Shown: positions 19,827 through 32,576, counted from the first letter of the stretch. The stretch is DNA of 64,000 bases from an uncultured delta proteobacterium (GCA_963771175.1 CAVYSY010000002.1:1-64000), one strand, 5' to 3'. A program made the numbers and translations. Notes: generated by a model from the sequence alone, not told the origin.

Positions 19827-20934
19827 TTACCGCCGTAGTGCCGCCTCGTAGGCCGCGAGCGTCTGCTCCGCGCAGCGCGCCCAGGTGAACCGGGCCGCCT
19901 GCTTCCGGCCCGCCTCCGCCCAGCGCCGCCGCTCCGCGTCCGAGCGCATCAGCCGGTCCATCGCCTCCGCCAGCCCCTCGGCGTCGTCCGGCCGCACCGC
20001 CGGAGCCGCCTCGCCGCACACCTCCGGCGTGCGCCCCCGTCGTGGACACGATGGCCGGCGTCCCCAGCCGCATGGCCTCCAGCGGCGGCAGTCCGAATCC
20101 CTCGTACTTCGAGGGGAACACGAACACCGCCGCCCGCCGCATCAGCTCGAAGAAGACGGGCTCGGACTGGTAGCCGAGCGGCCGGATGTCATGGCCCTCG
20201 GAGCGCATGCGCGCGACGCGGGACTCCACCGCCCCCGAGCCGAACCAGCTCTGCCCCACCATCACCAGCGAGACCGGCCGACCCCGCGCCTTCAGCCGCT
20301 CGAGCGCGTCCAGCACCAGGCTCACGTTCTTCCGCACGTCCAGCGAGCCCGCGTACAGGACGAACCGCTGGGGCAGCGCCAGCGCGCGCAGGAACTCCTC
20401 GGTGGTGGCGTCCGGCACATGGCCGTCCACGTGGTCCACCCCGTTGTACGACCACCGACACCTTGTCCGCCGCCTCGGGGTGGCGCGCCAGGAGATCATC
20501 CCGGGTGCACTCGCTCACGCAGACGATGCGGTCGGCCACCTGCACGCTGCGGGCGAGCCACAGGCGGAACTGCCAGCGGTAGGCCCGGGAGACCGTCTCG
20601 GGCATCAGCAGGGGGATGAGGTCGTGGACGGTGAGCGACGTAGGGCTTGCCGGGGGTGCGCACCAGCGGGAGGTTGAAGTTGCCCAGCGCGTGGTACAGC
20701 AGCGCCTGCGAGCGCCGCAGCGTCTGGGGCAGCCGACCCAGCACGTAGGCCGTGCGCCCCATGTCGGCCGCGAGGGTCCTCGCCGGAAACCCGTGCCCCC
20801 AGCCGCTCCAGGCGCACGCCCCGGGCCTGGAGGGCGGAGGCCAGACACCGGGTGTAGAGACCGATGCCCGTGGTGGGCTCGTCCCACAGACTCGCATCGA
20901 AAGCGACAGGACCGATGGACACGGCGCGCCTCAT
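19827..20934 (-). CDS. GT4 glycosyltransferase (frameshifted)
   Basis: TGIGLYT, TVHDLIP, GSLDVRKN, FPSKYEGFGLPPLEAM. Confidence 0.85.
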
Positions 20935-20965
20935 AGCATGCCGCTGTGATAGGCAGGGTCCCCCT

Positions 20966-23222
20966 ATGGCGGTCCATCAGCTGATTCCGAGCTTCGTGGC
21001 GGGCGACGCCACCGGACAGGCGGCGCTCCACCTGCAACTGCTGCTGCGCCGGCTGGGCCACTTCGGCGAGCTGTACGCGGGCGAGGTGGGGCCGGGCCTC
21101 GAGGTCCCTCGCGCACCCGGCCTCGGCGCTGCGCCCGGCCCCGGACGACCTGGTGCTCTACCACCACGGCATCGCCTCGCCGCTGAGCAGCCGGCTGATG
21201 CACCTGCCCTGCCGCCGCGGGCGTCGTCTTCCACAACATCAGCCCCGCGCGCTTCTACCGGGGCACCCCGCTGGCCGAGGCGCTCGTCACGGGCCGGGCC
21301 CAGCTCGCCGCCATGGCGCCCTTCGTGGACGTGGCCATCGGCGTGTCGGACTTCAACTGCGCCGAGCTGCGCGAGGCCGGCTACCGCAACGTGCACACCG
21401 TGCCGCTCTTCGTCGAGCCCGAGCGCTTCTCCGAGGCGAACGCGGACAAGGCGATGCTGCGAACGCGCTGTCGGGCCCCGGCCCGGTGGTGCTCAGCGGT
21501 GAGCCGGGTGGTGCCGCACAAGCGCTTCGAGGACCTGCTCGCGCTGCACGCGGAGCTGCTGCGCCTGCGGCCCGACGCGCGCCTGCTGGTGGTGGGCGGC
21601 TACGAGCCGGGCAGCCGCTACTTCAAGTCGCTCCAGCGCACGGCGCGCGGGCTGTCCGGGGTGAACTTCCTCGGGCGGCTGAACCACGCGGAGCTGGTGG
21701 CGGCGTACCGCTGCGGCGAACGTCTTCGTCTCCATGAGCGAGCACGAGGGCTTCGGCGTGCCGCTGCGTCGAGGCCATGGCCGCGGAGGTGCCGGTGCTG
21801 GCCTACGCGGCGGCGGCGGTGCCCGAGACGCTCGGGGGCGCGGGCATCGCCTTCGACCAGAAGCGCTTCGCCTTCCTCGCCGAGCTGGTGGTGGAGCTGT
21901 GCGAGGACCTGTCGCTGCGCGAGCGCGTGCTCGCGGGCCAGGCGCGGCGGCTGAAGGACTTCTCCGCCGAGGCGAGCGCAGAGGGCCCTCGCGAAGGCGC
22001 TGGGCGAGAGCAAGCGCCCGAAGCGCCGCGCGCCGCCGGCGACGAAGAAGCCCCGGGTGGGCGTCGTGGTGCAGCGCTACGGCGAGGTGACGGGCGGCGC
22101 CGAGCGCCACGCGCAGCAGGTGGTGGAGCAGCTCGCGCCGCACTGGGACCTGACCGTGCTCACCACGCTGCGCGAAGGACCACCTCACCTGGGAGAACGT
22201 CTTCCCGCCGGGCGAGGAGCAGGACGCGAACGTGGAGGGCGTGCAGGTGCTGCGCTTCCCGGTGACGCGCGTGCGCAACATCCGCCCCTTCAACGCGCTG
22301 TCCAGCAGGTCTTCGACAAGCCCAACGAGCGGCTGCGCGAGGAGCACTGGGTGGCCGAGCAGGGCCCGCTGGTGCCCGGCCTGCTGGAGCACCTGGACGC
22401 GCACGGGGCGGACTACGACGGCTTCGTCTTCTTCACCTACCTGTACGCGCCGACGGTGTGGGGCGTGCCGATGGTGGCGGACCGCGCGCTGCTCGTCCCC
22501 ACCGCGCACGACGAGCCGCCCATCCGCTTCGGCGTGTACGCGGACGTCTTCGAGCGGCCCCGGCGCCCTGCTGTGCAACACGCCCGAGGAGGTGGAGCTC
22601 ATCGGCCGCGTACTACCCGGACCACGCGCCGGCGCGGGTGGTGGGCGTGGGGGTGGACGTGCCGGCGAAGGTGGACCCGACGCGCTTCCGCGAGAAGTAC
22701 GGCGTGCGCAACCCCTACCTGCTCTACGTGGGGCGGCTGGAGGCCGGCAAGGGCATCCCCGAGCTGCTCGCGCACCACCGGGAGCTGCGCTCGCGCTTCC
22801 ACGACGCGCCGGACCTGGTGCTGGCCGGCGAGGCGCACATGGAGCTGCGCGGCGAGGGCGTGCGCTACGTGGGCCGCATCGACGAGCAGGACAAGTACGA
22901 CGCGCTGGCCGGGGCGCTGGCGGTGGTGGTGCCCTCGCGCTTCGAGAGCCTCTCGCTGCTGACGCTGGAGGCCTTCGCCTCGGGCACGCCGGTGCTGGTC
23001 AACGGGCACTCGGAGGTGCTGGTGGGCCAGGTGGAGCGCAGCCAGGCGGGCAAGACGTACACGGACCTGGACTCGTTCATCGAGGGCCTGCGCGTGGTGG
23101 GCGAGCAGCGGAGCGCCATGAGCCGGCGCGCGCGCGCCTACGCCGCGAAGTACACGTGGCCCAAGGTGGTGGACGCCTACCGGGAAGAGATGGAACGCAT
23201 CGTCAGGGAGAAGAGCCGATGA
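20966..23222 (+). CDS. GT4 glycosyltransferase, probably two GT-B modules in one protein (frameshifted)
   Basis: First module: SRVVPHKR, SEHEGFGVP; second module: GGAERH, YVGRLEAGKG, PSRFESLSLLTLEA. Confidence 0.8.
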
Positions 23223-23662
23223 AGCTGATGGGACGGGACATCCCCGCGCGCGAGCTGCTCGTGCGCATCGAGGAGCGCCTGCGCACGCGGGGGCTGCCCA
23301 CCTCGGAGTCGGTGGAGGTGCCCGAGGAGGGCGTGGAGCCGCGGGTGGATCCGCTCTCCTTCTACCTCGAGGCGCTGGAGGCCAACGCGGACGCCACGCG
23401 GCCCCTGCCCCTGCACACCCACCGGGGCGGCGCGGGCCAGCTCGTGCTGGTGGCCAAGTGGGCCTTCCGCAAGACGTGCCAGGTGTTCATCAACGAGACG
23501 CTCGGCCGCCAGCGGGTCTTCAACGGCCACGTGCGCGACTCGTACGCGCAGCTCTCCGCCGAGGTGATGCGCCTGCGTGCCGAGGTGGAGACCCTGCGCG
23601 CCGCCCAGGCCACTCCCCCGCCGGAGCCCCCGTCGAGGCGTGGCTCGAAGAAGGGCGGGTAG
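23219..23662 (+). CDS. Hypothetical protein in the glycosyltransferase operon
   Basis: ATGA overlap with the upstream stop; MKLMGRDIPARELL...; host-like codon usage. Confidence 0.7.
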   Translation: MKLMGRDIPARELLVRIEERLRTRGLPTSESVEVPEEGVEPRVDPLSFYLEALEANADATRPLPLHTHRGGAGQLVLVAKWAFRKTCQVFINETLGRQRVFNGHVRDSYAQLSAEVMRLRAEVETLRAAQATPPPEPPSRRGSKKGG

Positions 23663-23668
23663 CGCGGT

Positions 23669-24448
23669 GTGCAGCGAGGTCCGGCCGTGACGCCGCCGAC
23701 CGTCAGCGTGGTGATTCCCGCGTACAACGAGGGCGCCCGGCTCCCCGCCTTCGTGGAGCGGCTCACGCGGGCCAGCCTCGCGCACCGGGACACCGTCCTC
23801 GAGTTCATCGTCTCCGATGACGGGAGCGCCCCGGACCACGCCGAGCGCCAGCGGGAGTGCGTCGCCGAGGCCCAGGCCCGGCTGGCCGAGGCCGGTGCCC
23901 CCCACCGCTTCCGGTACGTGGCCGCCGAGCACAATGCCGGCAAGGGCTCGGCCATCCGCAGGGGCTGGCGCGAGGCCGACCCCCAGGCCGATTGGCTGGC
24001 CTTCCTGGATGCGGACGGCTCGGTGAGCGCGGAGGAGTTCCTGCGCCTGGCCGCCATGACCACCACCGAGGAGGTGGACGTGCTGGCCGGCTCGCGGATT
24101 CTCATGGCCGGGCGCCGGGTGGAGCGCCGGCTCTTCCGCCATCTCCAGGGGCGCGTTTTCGCCACCCTCACCGACATGCACTTCCACCTGGGTTACTACG
24201 ACACCCAATGTGGGGCGAAGCTCTTCCGGGCCTCGATGCTGCGACCGCTGCTGGGCCGGCTCCAGGAGGACCGGTGGCTGCTGGACGTGGAGCTGCTGGT
24301 CCTCATGCGCGAGCAGGGCGCGCGGGCGCTGGAGGTCCCCATCGACTGGGCTGATGCCGGCGATTCGAAGGTCCGATTCGGCGTGGATGCGGCGAAAATG
24401 TTCTGGGGGTTGAGGAAGATGCACCGCCGGTTGTACCGGCCCCAGTAG
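23669..24448 (+). CDS. GT2 glycosyltransferase (dolichyl-phosphate glucosyltransferase-like)
   Basis: VVIPAYNE, DDGS, NAGKGSA, DADG, DTQCGAKLF, DVELL. Confidence 0.9.
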   Translation: MQRGPAVTPPTVSVVIPAYNEGARLPAFVERLTRASLAHRDTVLEFIVSDDGSAPDHAERQRECVAEAQARLAEAGAPHRFRYVAAEHNAGKGSAIRRGWREADPQADWLAFLDADGSVSAEEFLRLAAMTTTEEVDVLAGSRILMAGRRVERRLFRHLQGRVFATLTDMHFHLGYYDTQCGAKLFRASMLRPLLGRLQEDRWLLDVELLVLMREQGARALEVPIDWADAGDSKVRFGVDAAKMFWGLRKMHRRLYRPQ

Positions 24449-24550
24449 CTGCCCTGTTCGAGTCCGCTTGCTTTCCAGTCGGCGGGCCGCGAAATAGGAG
24501 GCCGCATGGCGACCGTTTTCCTCTGGTTGCCCTCCCCCACTGCGAGTGAC

Positions 24551-27500
24551 ATGCGTCCCTTGACCGCCCTTTCTTCCAACGACGGCCCCTCGCTGACCCT
24601 CGGCCTTCCCGGCTTCAGCTTCGAGGACCTGTACCGCCCGCGCGGGCTGCGCCGCCTGTCCGAGCGCTTCGACGAGCAGCTCGCCGCCGACGCCCCCGAG
24701 CTCTTCCAGGAGTTCGACGCCTACCGGAAGTCCGGCGGCAAGAGCCTCACCGGCCCCGCCGAGTCCGAGCTGCTCATCCGCGTGTCGCGGCACGTGTCGG
24801 CGCTTCGTCGCCCGGCTCTTCGGCATGGAGACCGAGGTGGACCGGCTGGCCCGCGCACCTCACGGGCGAGCTGCCGCTCTTCGACTTCAAGCGCGAGTTC
24901 ATCACCCGCCGCGTCTTCAAGAAGGGCGCGACCGACCGGCCCACGCTGGCCGAGTTCCCCTCGCTGGACGCGCGGATGCGGCTGCTGCTGTCGCTCGGCT
25001 TCCCCGAGGCCATCGCCAGCGACGACATCGAGCGCGCCCTGGCCGAGTCCGATCCTCACGCTGCTGGACCTGGAGCGGCTCTTCTCCGGCAACGCCGGCA
25101 ACCTCGCGCCCACACGCCGGAGACAGGCCGAGGCGCTGCGCGCGAAGTGGACGGCGCTCCGCGCCGCGCTGCCTGGCCACGCCCGAGGGCAAGGAGGCCT
25201 TCGGCTCCAGCCTCGTCACCCAGGGCGACGACACGGCGGAGCTGCAGGCGGTGCGCGACCTGCTGTCGCTGGCGGACCGCTGGACGCTACGCCCGCGCGC
25301 TGCACCCCGGAGGTGCAAGGAGCTGTTCCACAGGCTGGACCACGCACCGCGTGCCCAAGCCGCTGGTGTTCGACCAGCTGGTGCGATCTCGAGCACCCGG
25401 ACGAGAAGCTGCCCGAAGTCACCCGAGGGCTCCCGACCACCACCTGCGCTACCGCGACGGCTTCAAGCTCACCGACCCGCGCGGCACGCCCGCGCGAGGT
25501 GATGGGCGAGGTCGACTACTGCGTCATCTGCCACGAGCGCGAGAAGGACTCGTGCTCCAAGGGCTTCCCGGCGAAGGACCCGGTCGCCGAGGGCCACACC
25601 TTCAAGAAGAACCCGCTGGGGATTCCGCTCACCGGCTGCCCGCTGGACGAGCGCATCTCCGAGGCGCACACGCTCAAGGGCGAGGGCGACTCGCTGGGCG
25701 CGCTGGCGATGGTGATGGTCGACAACCCGATGTGCCCGGGCACCGGCCACCGCATCTGCAACGACTGCATGAAGGCCTGCATCTTCCAGAAGCAGGAGCC
25801 GGTGAACATCCCGCAGGTCGAGACCTCCGCCCTCACCGACGTGCTGGCGCTGCCCTGCGGCTTCGAGATCTACGGCCTGCTCACGCGCTGGAACCCGCTC
25901 AACGTGCGCCGCCCGTACGCGCTGCCCTACATCGGCAAGAACGTGCTGGTGGTGGGCCTGGGCCCGGCCGGCTACACGCTCTCGCACTACCTGCTCAACG
26001 AGGGCTTCGGCGTCGTGGGCATCGACGGCCTGAAGATCGAGCCCTTCCCGGACGAGCTGGTGGGCCGCAACGGCAAGCCGCTCGAGCCCATCCGCGACTG
26101 GCAGGCAGCTCACCCGCGAGCTCGACGAGCGCGTGCTGGAGGGCTTCGGCGGCGTGTCCGAGTACGGCATCACCGTGCGCTGGGACAAGAACTTCCTCAC
26201 GCTCATCCACCTGACGCTGGCGCGGCGGCGAGAACCTGCGCATCTACGGCGGCATCCGCTTCGGCGGCACGCTGACCATCGAGGACGCGTGGGAGCTGGG
26301 CTTCGACCACATCGCCATCGCCGCGGGCGCGGGCAAGCCCACCATCATCGGGATGAAGAACAACCTCATCCGCGGCATCCGCAAGGCGACCGACTTCCTG
26401 ATGGCGCTGCAGCTCACCGGCGCGTTCAAGCGGGACTCGCTGGCCAACCTGCAGGTGCAGCTGCCGGCCATCGTCATCGGCGGCGGCCTCACCGGCATCG
26501 ACACCGCCACCGAGCTGATGGCCTACTACCCGGTGCAGGTGGAGAAGACGCTCGCGCGCCACGAGACGCTGGTGGCCGAGCTGGGCGAGGAGGCGGTCCT
26601 CGCGCGCTCGACGCCGAGGAGAAGGCCACCTACCAGACCTTCCTGGAGCACGGCCGCGCGGTGCGCGCCGAGCGCCAGCGGCGCGAGGCCGAGGGCCGGG
26701 CGCCCGACTTCATCCCGCTGGTGCGCGGCCTGGGGCGGCGTGAGCCTCGTGCTACCGCCGCGGCCTCACCGAGTCGCCGGCCTACCGCCTCAACCACGAG
26801 GAGGTGGCCAAGGCGCTGGAGGAGGGCATCCGCTTCATCGAGCGCATGAGCCCGGTGGAGGCGCTGCCCGACGAGAACGGCGCGGTGAAGGCGCTGCGCT
26901 TCGAGCGCATGATGACGAAGGACGGCAAGCTGCGCGGCAGCGGCGAGCTCTTCGAGCTGCCGGCGCGCACGGTGTGCGTGGCCGCCGGCACCTCGCCCAA
27001 CGTCACCTACGAGAAGGAGTACCCGGGCACCTTCGAGCTCGACGAGAACCGCGAGTACTTCAAGGGCCACGAGCTCGGCGGAGCGACGGCCGGAGGGCTT
27101 CGCGCTGGCGCCGGTGCAGCCGGTCGAGGACCTCGCCGCGAAGGCCGGCTTCTTCACCTCGTACCAGAAGGACGGGCCGCTTCATCTCCTTCTACGGCGA
27201 CAACCACCCGACCTACGCGGGCAACGTGGTGAAGGCCATGGCCAGCGCCAAGGACGGCTACCCCGAGGTGGCCGCGTCTGTTCGCGAAGGACGTGGCGGC
27301 CATCGACTTCGACGACGAGCTGGCGCAGGCCCGCGCGACGAGAAGCTGGCGGCGCACTTCGCAGCGCTGGACGAGGCGCTGCTGGCGCACGGTGGTGACG
27401 GTCAACCGGCTCACGCCCACCATCGTCGAGGTGGTGGTGAAGGCGCCGTTCGCCGCGCAGCACTTCGAGCCCGGCCAGTTCTACCGGCTGCAGAACTTCG

Positions 27501-28364
27501 AGCGCTCGGCGCCCGTGGTGGACGGCACGCGCCTGACCATGGAGGGCCTGGCGCTCACCGGCGCGTGGGTGGACAAGGAGAAGGGCCTGCTCGGCACCAT
27601 CGTGCTGGAGATGGGCTCCTCGTCCCGGCTGTGCGCCGCGCTGAAGCCGGGCGAGCCGGTGGTGCTCATGGGCCCCACGGGCGCGCCCACGGAGATCGCC
27701 CACAACGAGACGGTGCTGCTCGCGGGCGGTGGCCTGGGCAACGCGGTGCTCTTCTCCATCGCGCGCTGCGCTGAAGGCGGCCGGCTGCAAGGTGCTCTAC
27801 TTCGCCGGCTACCGGCAGCGCGCGGACATCTTCAAGCACGAGGAGATCGAGGCCGCCACCGACCAGGTGATCTGGTCGGTGGACGCCGGCGAGCTCATCG
27901 AGGCGCGGCGCCCGCAGGACGCGTCCTTCCGGGGCAACGTGGTGCAGGCGATGCTGGCCTACGCCAAGGGCGAGCTGGGCGTGGCGCCGGTGGCGTCCGC
28001 TCACGGAGGTGAACCGCATCATCGCCATCGGCTCGGACCGGATGATGCGCGCGGTGCAGGAGGCGCGGCACGGCGTGCTGCAGCCGTTCCTCAAGCCCGA
28101 GCACGAGGCGATCGGCTCCATCAACTCGCCGATGCAGTGCATGATGAAGGAGATCTGCGCGCAGTGCCTCCAGCGGCACGTGGATCCGCGCGACCGGCAA
28201 GGAGACGTTGGTCTTCTCCTGCTATCAACCAGGACCAGCGGCTGGACCAGGTGGACTTCGGGAACCTGAACCAGCGCCTGCGCGGCAACACGGTGCTGGA
28301 GAAGGTGGCGGACATGTACCTGGCGCAGCTCCTGAAGAAGGCGCCGGGCCTGCGTCGCGTGTAG
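24551..28364 (+). CDS. Large Fe-S flavoprotein oxidoreductase: GltD/NfnB-like domain fused to an FNR/PyrK-like domain (frameshifted)
   Basis: CVICH..CSKG, GCPLDE, CPGTGHRICNDCMKAC, VGLGPAG, IGGGLTGID, PGQFYRLQ, MGPTG, GGGLGNA, QCMMKEICAQC. Confidence 0.85.
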
Positions 28365-28385
28365 CACCCCTCCCCACCGGGAGAG

Positions 28386-28425
28386 GAAGAGGGCCGGGGT
28401 GAGCACCCCCGGCCCTTCGTCTTTT
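28386..28425 (+). terminator. Intrinsic terminator-like hairpin between convergent genes
   Basis: GGGCCGGGGT-GAGC-ACCCCCGGCCC followed by TTCGTCTTTT. Confidence 0.65.
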
Positions 28426-28433
28426 CAGGGGCC

Positions 28434-29108
28434 CTACTGCGCCTTGCCACCAAAGGACCGGAGCATGTCCTGGTAGTTGCGCATCAGCTCCTGCTCGCGG
28501 GTGAGCACGAGGTCCACGTTGGCGTCCCCGTGCTGCTTCCGGACGACGACGAGCTTTTCCGTCTCCTGAACGCGCTGGCGCATGGTCTCGATCTGCGGCG
28601 CCAGCTCCTTCTGCTGCTCGGGCTTGAGCCGGGCCTGCATGGCCTCCAGCTTCTGGAGCTCGCCCGCCAGGTCCAGCATGGCCGCCATGTGCCGCTGGGT
28701 GATGACGTCCATCACCAGCCCGCCGATGCGGTTGACGTCCTCCTCGGAGAGCCCGCCCTCGCGGCGCGCCTTGGCCTCCGCCTCGGCCTTGCTCTCGATG
28801 GCCTTCATGGAGTCGCTCAGGCCCGGATCCTTGCCCGGCGCGGCCGCCCGGGCCTGCACCACCTGGAGCTGCTTGGACATGGCCGCGTAGGCGTCCAGCA
28901 CCTTGCGCTGGTAGCCCACATAGGCGTCCAGCTTCGCCTGGGTGAGGACATAGGGCTTGCCGTCATCCACGAAGTCCTCGGCCAGGGCCTCCTGCGAGTC
29001 CCCATCGGCCGCCGCTCCGGCCGCCTCCTGGGCAGGCGCGCGAGCCTCCTCCTTCTTGCACCCGCCGAGCGACACCGCGACGAACAGCACCCACAGCAGC
29101 TTGCGCAT
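28434..29108 (-). CDS. Putative lipoprotein
   Basis: GGAG RBS; MRKLLWVLFVAVSLGG-C lipobox. Confidence 0.75.
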   Translation of the reverse strand: MRKLLWVLFVAVSLGGCKKEEARAPAQEAAGAAADGDSQEALAEDFVDDGKPYVLTQAKLDAYVGYQRKVLDAYAAMSKQLQVVQARAAAPGKDPGLSDSMKAIESKAEAEAKARREGGLSEEDVNRIGGLVMDVITQRHMAAMLDLAGELQKLEAMQARLKPEQQKELAPQIETMRQRVQETEKLVVVRKQHGDANVDLVLTREQELMRNYQDMLRSFGGKAQ

Positions 29109-29329
29109 CCACGCTCCTCCAGGACTCTCCCGGTCGAGAGAAGTCACGGAGTATACGTCCGCACACGGTGTGTCACGGACGGGAGCGCGTCCGTTGGGAA
29201 CGGAATGAACCGGCTGCCTGCCCCCCGGCGGGAGAGGCCGCTAGCAGCCAACAATCGCCGCATTACCTTTGACCAACCCGGGCGCGGTCGTGTACGAACC
29301 GCGGTCCGTTCAGGCAGCGTGGAGGCACT

Positions 29330-29839
29330 TTGAGGATCTTCCTGGTAAGGCACGGCGAGGCGGACGCGGAGGCCCCCGAGGGACTCGGCGACGAGGCGCG
29401 CGCGCTCACTGCCAAGGCCCGAGCCAGCACGGCCGCGCATTTCGCGTCGCTGGCGGAGCGCATCGGCCCGGTCTCGCTCGTGCTGGCGAGCCCGCTGGTG
29501 CGCACGATCCAGACGGCCCAGCTGCTCTCCACCAGCCTCAAGCACGAGGGGACCCTGCGTGCGCACCGGTGCCTCCTGCCGGACATGCCGGTGGGAGCGG
29601 TGGCGCCCGTCATCGACGAGCACACGGGCGAGAACATCGTCCTCGTGGGCCACCAGCCCTCGATGGGCGCCCTGGCCGCCCACCTGTTGGGAATGCAGTC
29701 CTTCCCCAAGCAGGTGAACCCGGGCACCGTCATCGCCCTGGAGCGCCCGGACTCCACCGAGCCCGGCACCGCGCCCGCCCCGGCGAAGCTGCTCTTCTTC
29801 GCCGCCCCGGGACAGCAGGTCCTCGACGTCATCCAGTAG
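29330..29839 (+). CDS. sixA: Phosphohistidine phosphatase SixA family
   Basis: LVRHGEA, SPLVRTIQTA, LVGHQP; TTG start with GGAGG RBS. Confidence 0.88.
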   Translation: MRIFLVRHGEADAEAPEGLGDEARALTAKARASTAAHFASLAERIGPVSLVLASPLVRTIQTAQLLSTSLKHEGTLRAHRCLLPDMPVGAVAPVIDEHTGENIVLVGHQPSMGALAAHLLGMQSFPKQVNPGTVIALERPDSTEPGTAPAPAKLLFFAAPGQQVLDVIQ

Positions 29840-29842
29840 CCG

Positions 29843-30175
29843 ATGCTGGACGAAGCCACCTACAACCAGCTCATTGCCGCGGCGTTCAAGCGCATCATCG
29901 CCGCCGCGGATGGGTTGGATCCGGACGTGCTGGAGGCCGAGAGCACCGGTGACATGGTGACTCTCACCTCCGCCTCGCGCGAGAAGTGCATCGTCAACAC
30001 CCAGCGCGCCGTGCGGCAGATCTGGGTCGCCGGTCGCGGGCAGGGCATCCACTTCTCCTACGACCCCGCCAGCGGCTCCTGGATGGACGACAAGGGCAAG
30101 GGGCTCGAGCTGTTCCGCTTCGTGGCGGACGTGGTCCGCGACATCTCCGGCGAGGCGCTCGAGTACCCGGCGTAA
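29843..30175 (+). CDS. cyaY: Iron donor CyaY (frataxin-like)
   Basis: GDMVTLT, IVNTQRAVRQIWVA, GIHF..W. Confidence 0.9.
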   Translation: MLDEATYNQLIAAAFKRIIAAADGLDPDVLEAESTGDMVTLTSASREKCIVNTQRAVRQIWVAGRGQGIHFSYDPASGSWMDDKGKGLELFRFVADVVRDISGEALEYPA

Positions 30176-30179
30176 CGGA

Positions 30180-30207
30180 GGGAGCCCCGTTCCCATCCGG
30201 GGCTCCC
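30180..30207. terminator. Hairpin between convergent cyaY and response regulator genes
   Basis: GGGAGCCCCG-N8-CGGGGCTCCC. Confidence 0.6.
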
Positions 30208-30247
30208 GAGCACTTCACTCCACCCCGCCCCCAAGGGAGCGGGAGGG

Positions 30248-31192
30248 CTAGACCTCGGCGGGAGGAGCCGTGCGGCTCCCCTCGATACGGTCTCCGCCGG
30301 CGGCCTGGGCCCGCCGCAACGAGTCCCCGGCCTCCTTCATCAGGCTGCCGAAGCTCACCTGCGCGAGCCCCTTCACCGCCGCCGGCTCGAACACCGCCAG
30401 TCCCATCGAGGCGGTCAGTCCCTGCACCGTCTCCACTTCCTTCACCCGCTGCCGCAGCCGCTCCGCCACCACCATCGCCCCCTCATAGGGCGTGTGCGGC
30501 AGGAAGACGATGAAGCGACCCTCGGCGAACGGCACCGCCAGGTCGATGTCCCGCAGCGACTCGGTCAGCCGCCGGAGGAGCTCCGCCATGGTGGACGTGC
30601 GCAGGGTGCCCGGCAGTGGTGCCAGACGCTCCGAGAACCTGTCCGGCTCCAGGATGAGGAACGAGATGGGGTAGCGGTAGCGTCGGCTGCGCTTCACTTC
30701 CATGAAGAGCAGCCGCTTGAGGAAGTCCAGGTCCGGAGACGCCCCGGGGGACGTCGTCTCGCGCCGGCCGCTGGACTGCTGCTGCTGTTGCATCAGCAGC
30801 TCAGCGCGCACCTGGGTCACCGTCTCCCGGGCCTGGGACACCTGCATCATCAGGCTCACGCACGACACCACCGTGGCCCGCTTCAGCGGCCCCACCAGGC
30901 ACGCCTCCGCGCCCGCGGACGCGGCACGTGCCTCCGGGAACTCCTCCTCCGGCAGGTACAGCAGGAGCACCGGGATGCCCGGCGCCTCCTCCTTGATCTG
31001 CCGGCAGAGCGCCTCGCCGTCGAAGCCCTCCGCGACGGAAGCCATCACCACCGCGGGCGCCAGCTCGCGCACCCGTGCCGTAGCCTCCTGGAGGTCACCG
31101 GTCACCAGGACCTCGTGGCCGGCGCTCTCCAGGAAACGGCGCAACGCCCCTGCCACAGGGGCCGCGGGTTCAGCGACGAGGATGAGGGACAT
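30248..31192 (-). CDS. Atypical receiver domain plus degenerate GGDEF domain protein
   Basis: Receiver fold lacking the acidic pocket; EVKRSRRYRYP, RDID I-site, FAEGRF in place of GGDEF. Confidence 0.8.
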   Translation of the reverse strand: MSLILVAEPAAPVAGALRRFLESAGHEVLVTGDLQEATARVRELAPAVVMASVAEGFDGEALCRQIKEEAPGIPVLLLYLPEEEFPEARAASAGAEACLVGPLKRATVVSCVSLMMQVSQARETVTQVRAELLMQQQQQSSGRRETTSPGASPDLDFLKRLLFMEVKRSRRYRYPISFLILEPDRFSERLAPLPGTLRTSTMAELLRRLTESLRDIDLAVPFAEGRFIVFLPHTPYEGAMVVAERLRQRVKEVETVQGLTASMGLAVFEPAAVKGLAQVSFGSLMKEAGDSLRRAQAAGGDRIEGSRTAPPAEV

Positions 31193-31194
31193 TC

Positions 31195-31748
31195 TCAGAC
31201 CTCCATCACTTCCTTCTCCTTCTTGGCGATGATCTCGTCGACCTTCTTCACGCCGTCGTCCGTCTCCTTCTGCACCTTCTCCGTCAGGCGCTTGGAGTCG
31301 TCCTCGGTGATCTTCTTGTCCTTGAGCTGCACCTTGATCATCTCGTTGGCGTCGCGGCGGACGTTGCGGATGGCGACCTTGTGCTCCTCGCCCTTGGTCT
31401 TCACCTGCTTGGCGATCTCCTTGCGCCGCTCCTCGGTGAGCGGGGGGAAGGGCAGGCGGATGAGCTCTCCGTCGTTCATCGGGTTGATGCCGAGGTTGGC
31501 CTCACGGATGGCCTTCTCGATCTCCTTGAGGACGGTGCGCTCCCAGGGCTTGATGATGATGAGCCGGGGCTCGGGCGAGGTGATGTTGGCCACCCCGTCA
31601 GCGGCGTGGGCGTGCCGTAGTAGTCCACCCGGATGCCGTCGAGCAGGTTGGGGTTGGCCCGGCCGGTGCGCACCTTGGTCAGGTCCCTCTTGAGGTCGTC
31701 GAGCGTCTTGTCGATACGGCTCTTCAGTTCGGTCAAGACGTCAGCCAT
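31195..31748 (-). CDS. frr: Ribosome recycling factor (one frameshift)
   Basis: [43 protein letters not shown]. Confidence 0.95.
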
Positions 31749-31787
31749 GTGCGGGTCTCCCCTTGTGAAGTGTCCGTGCTGCTCTCA

Positions 31788-32576
<789 letters not shown>

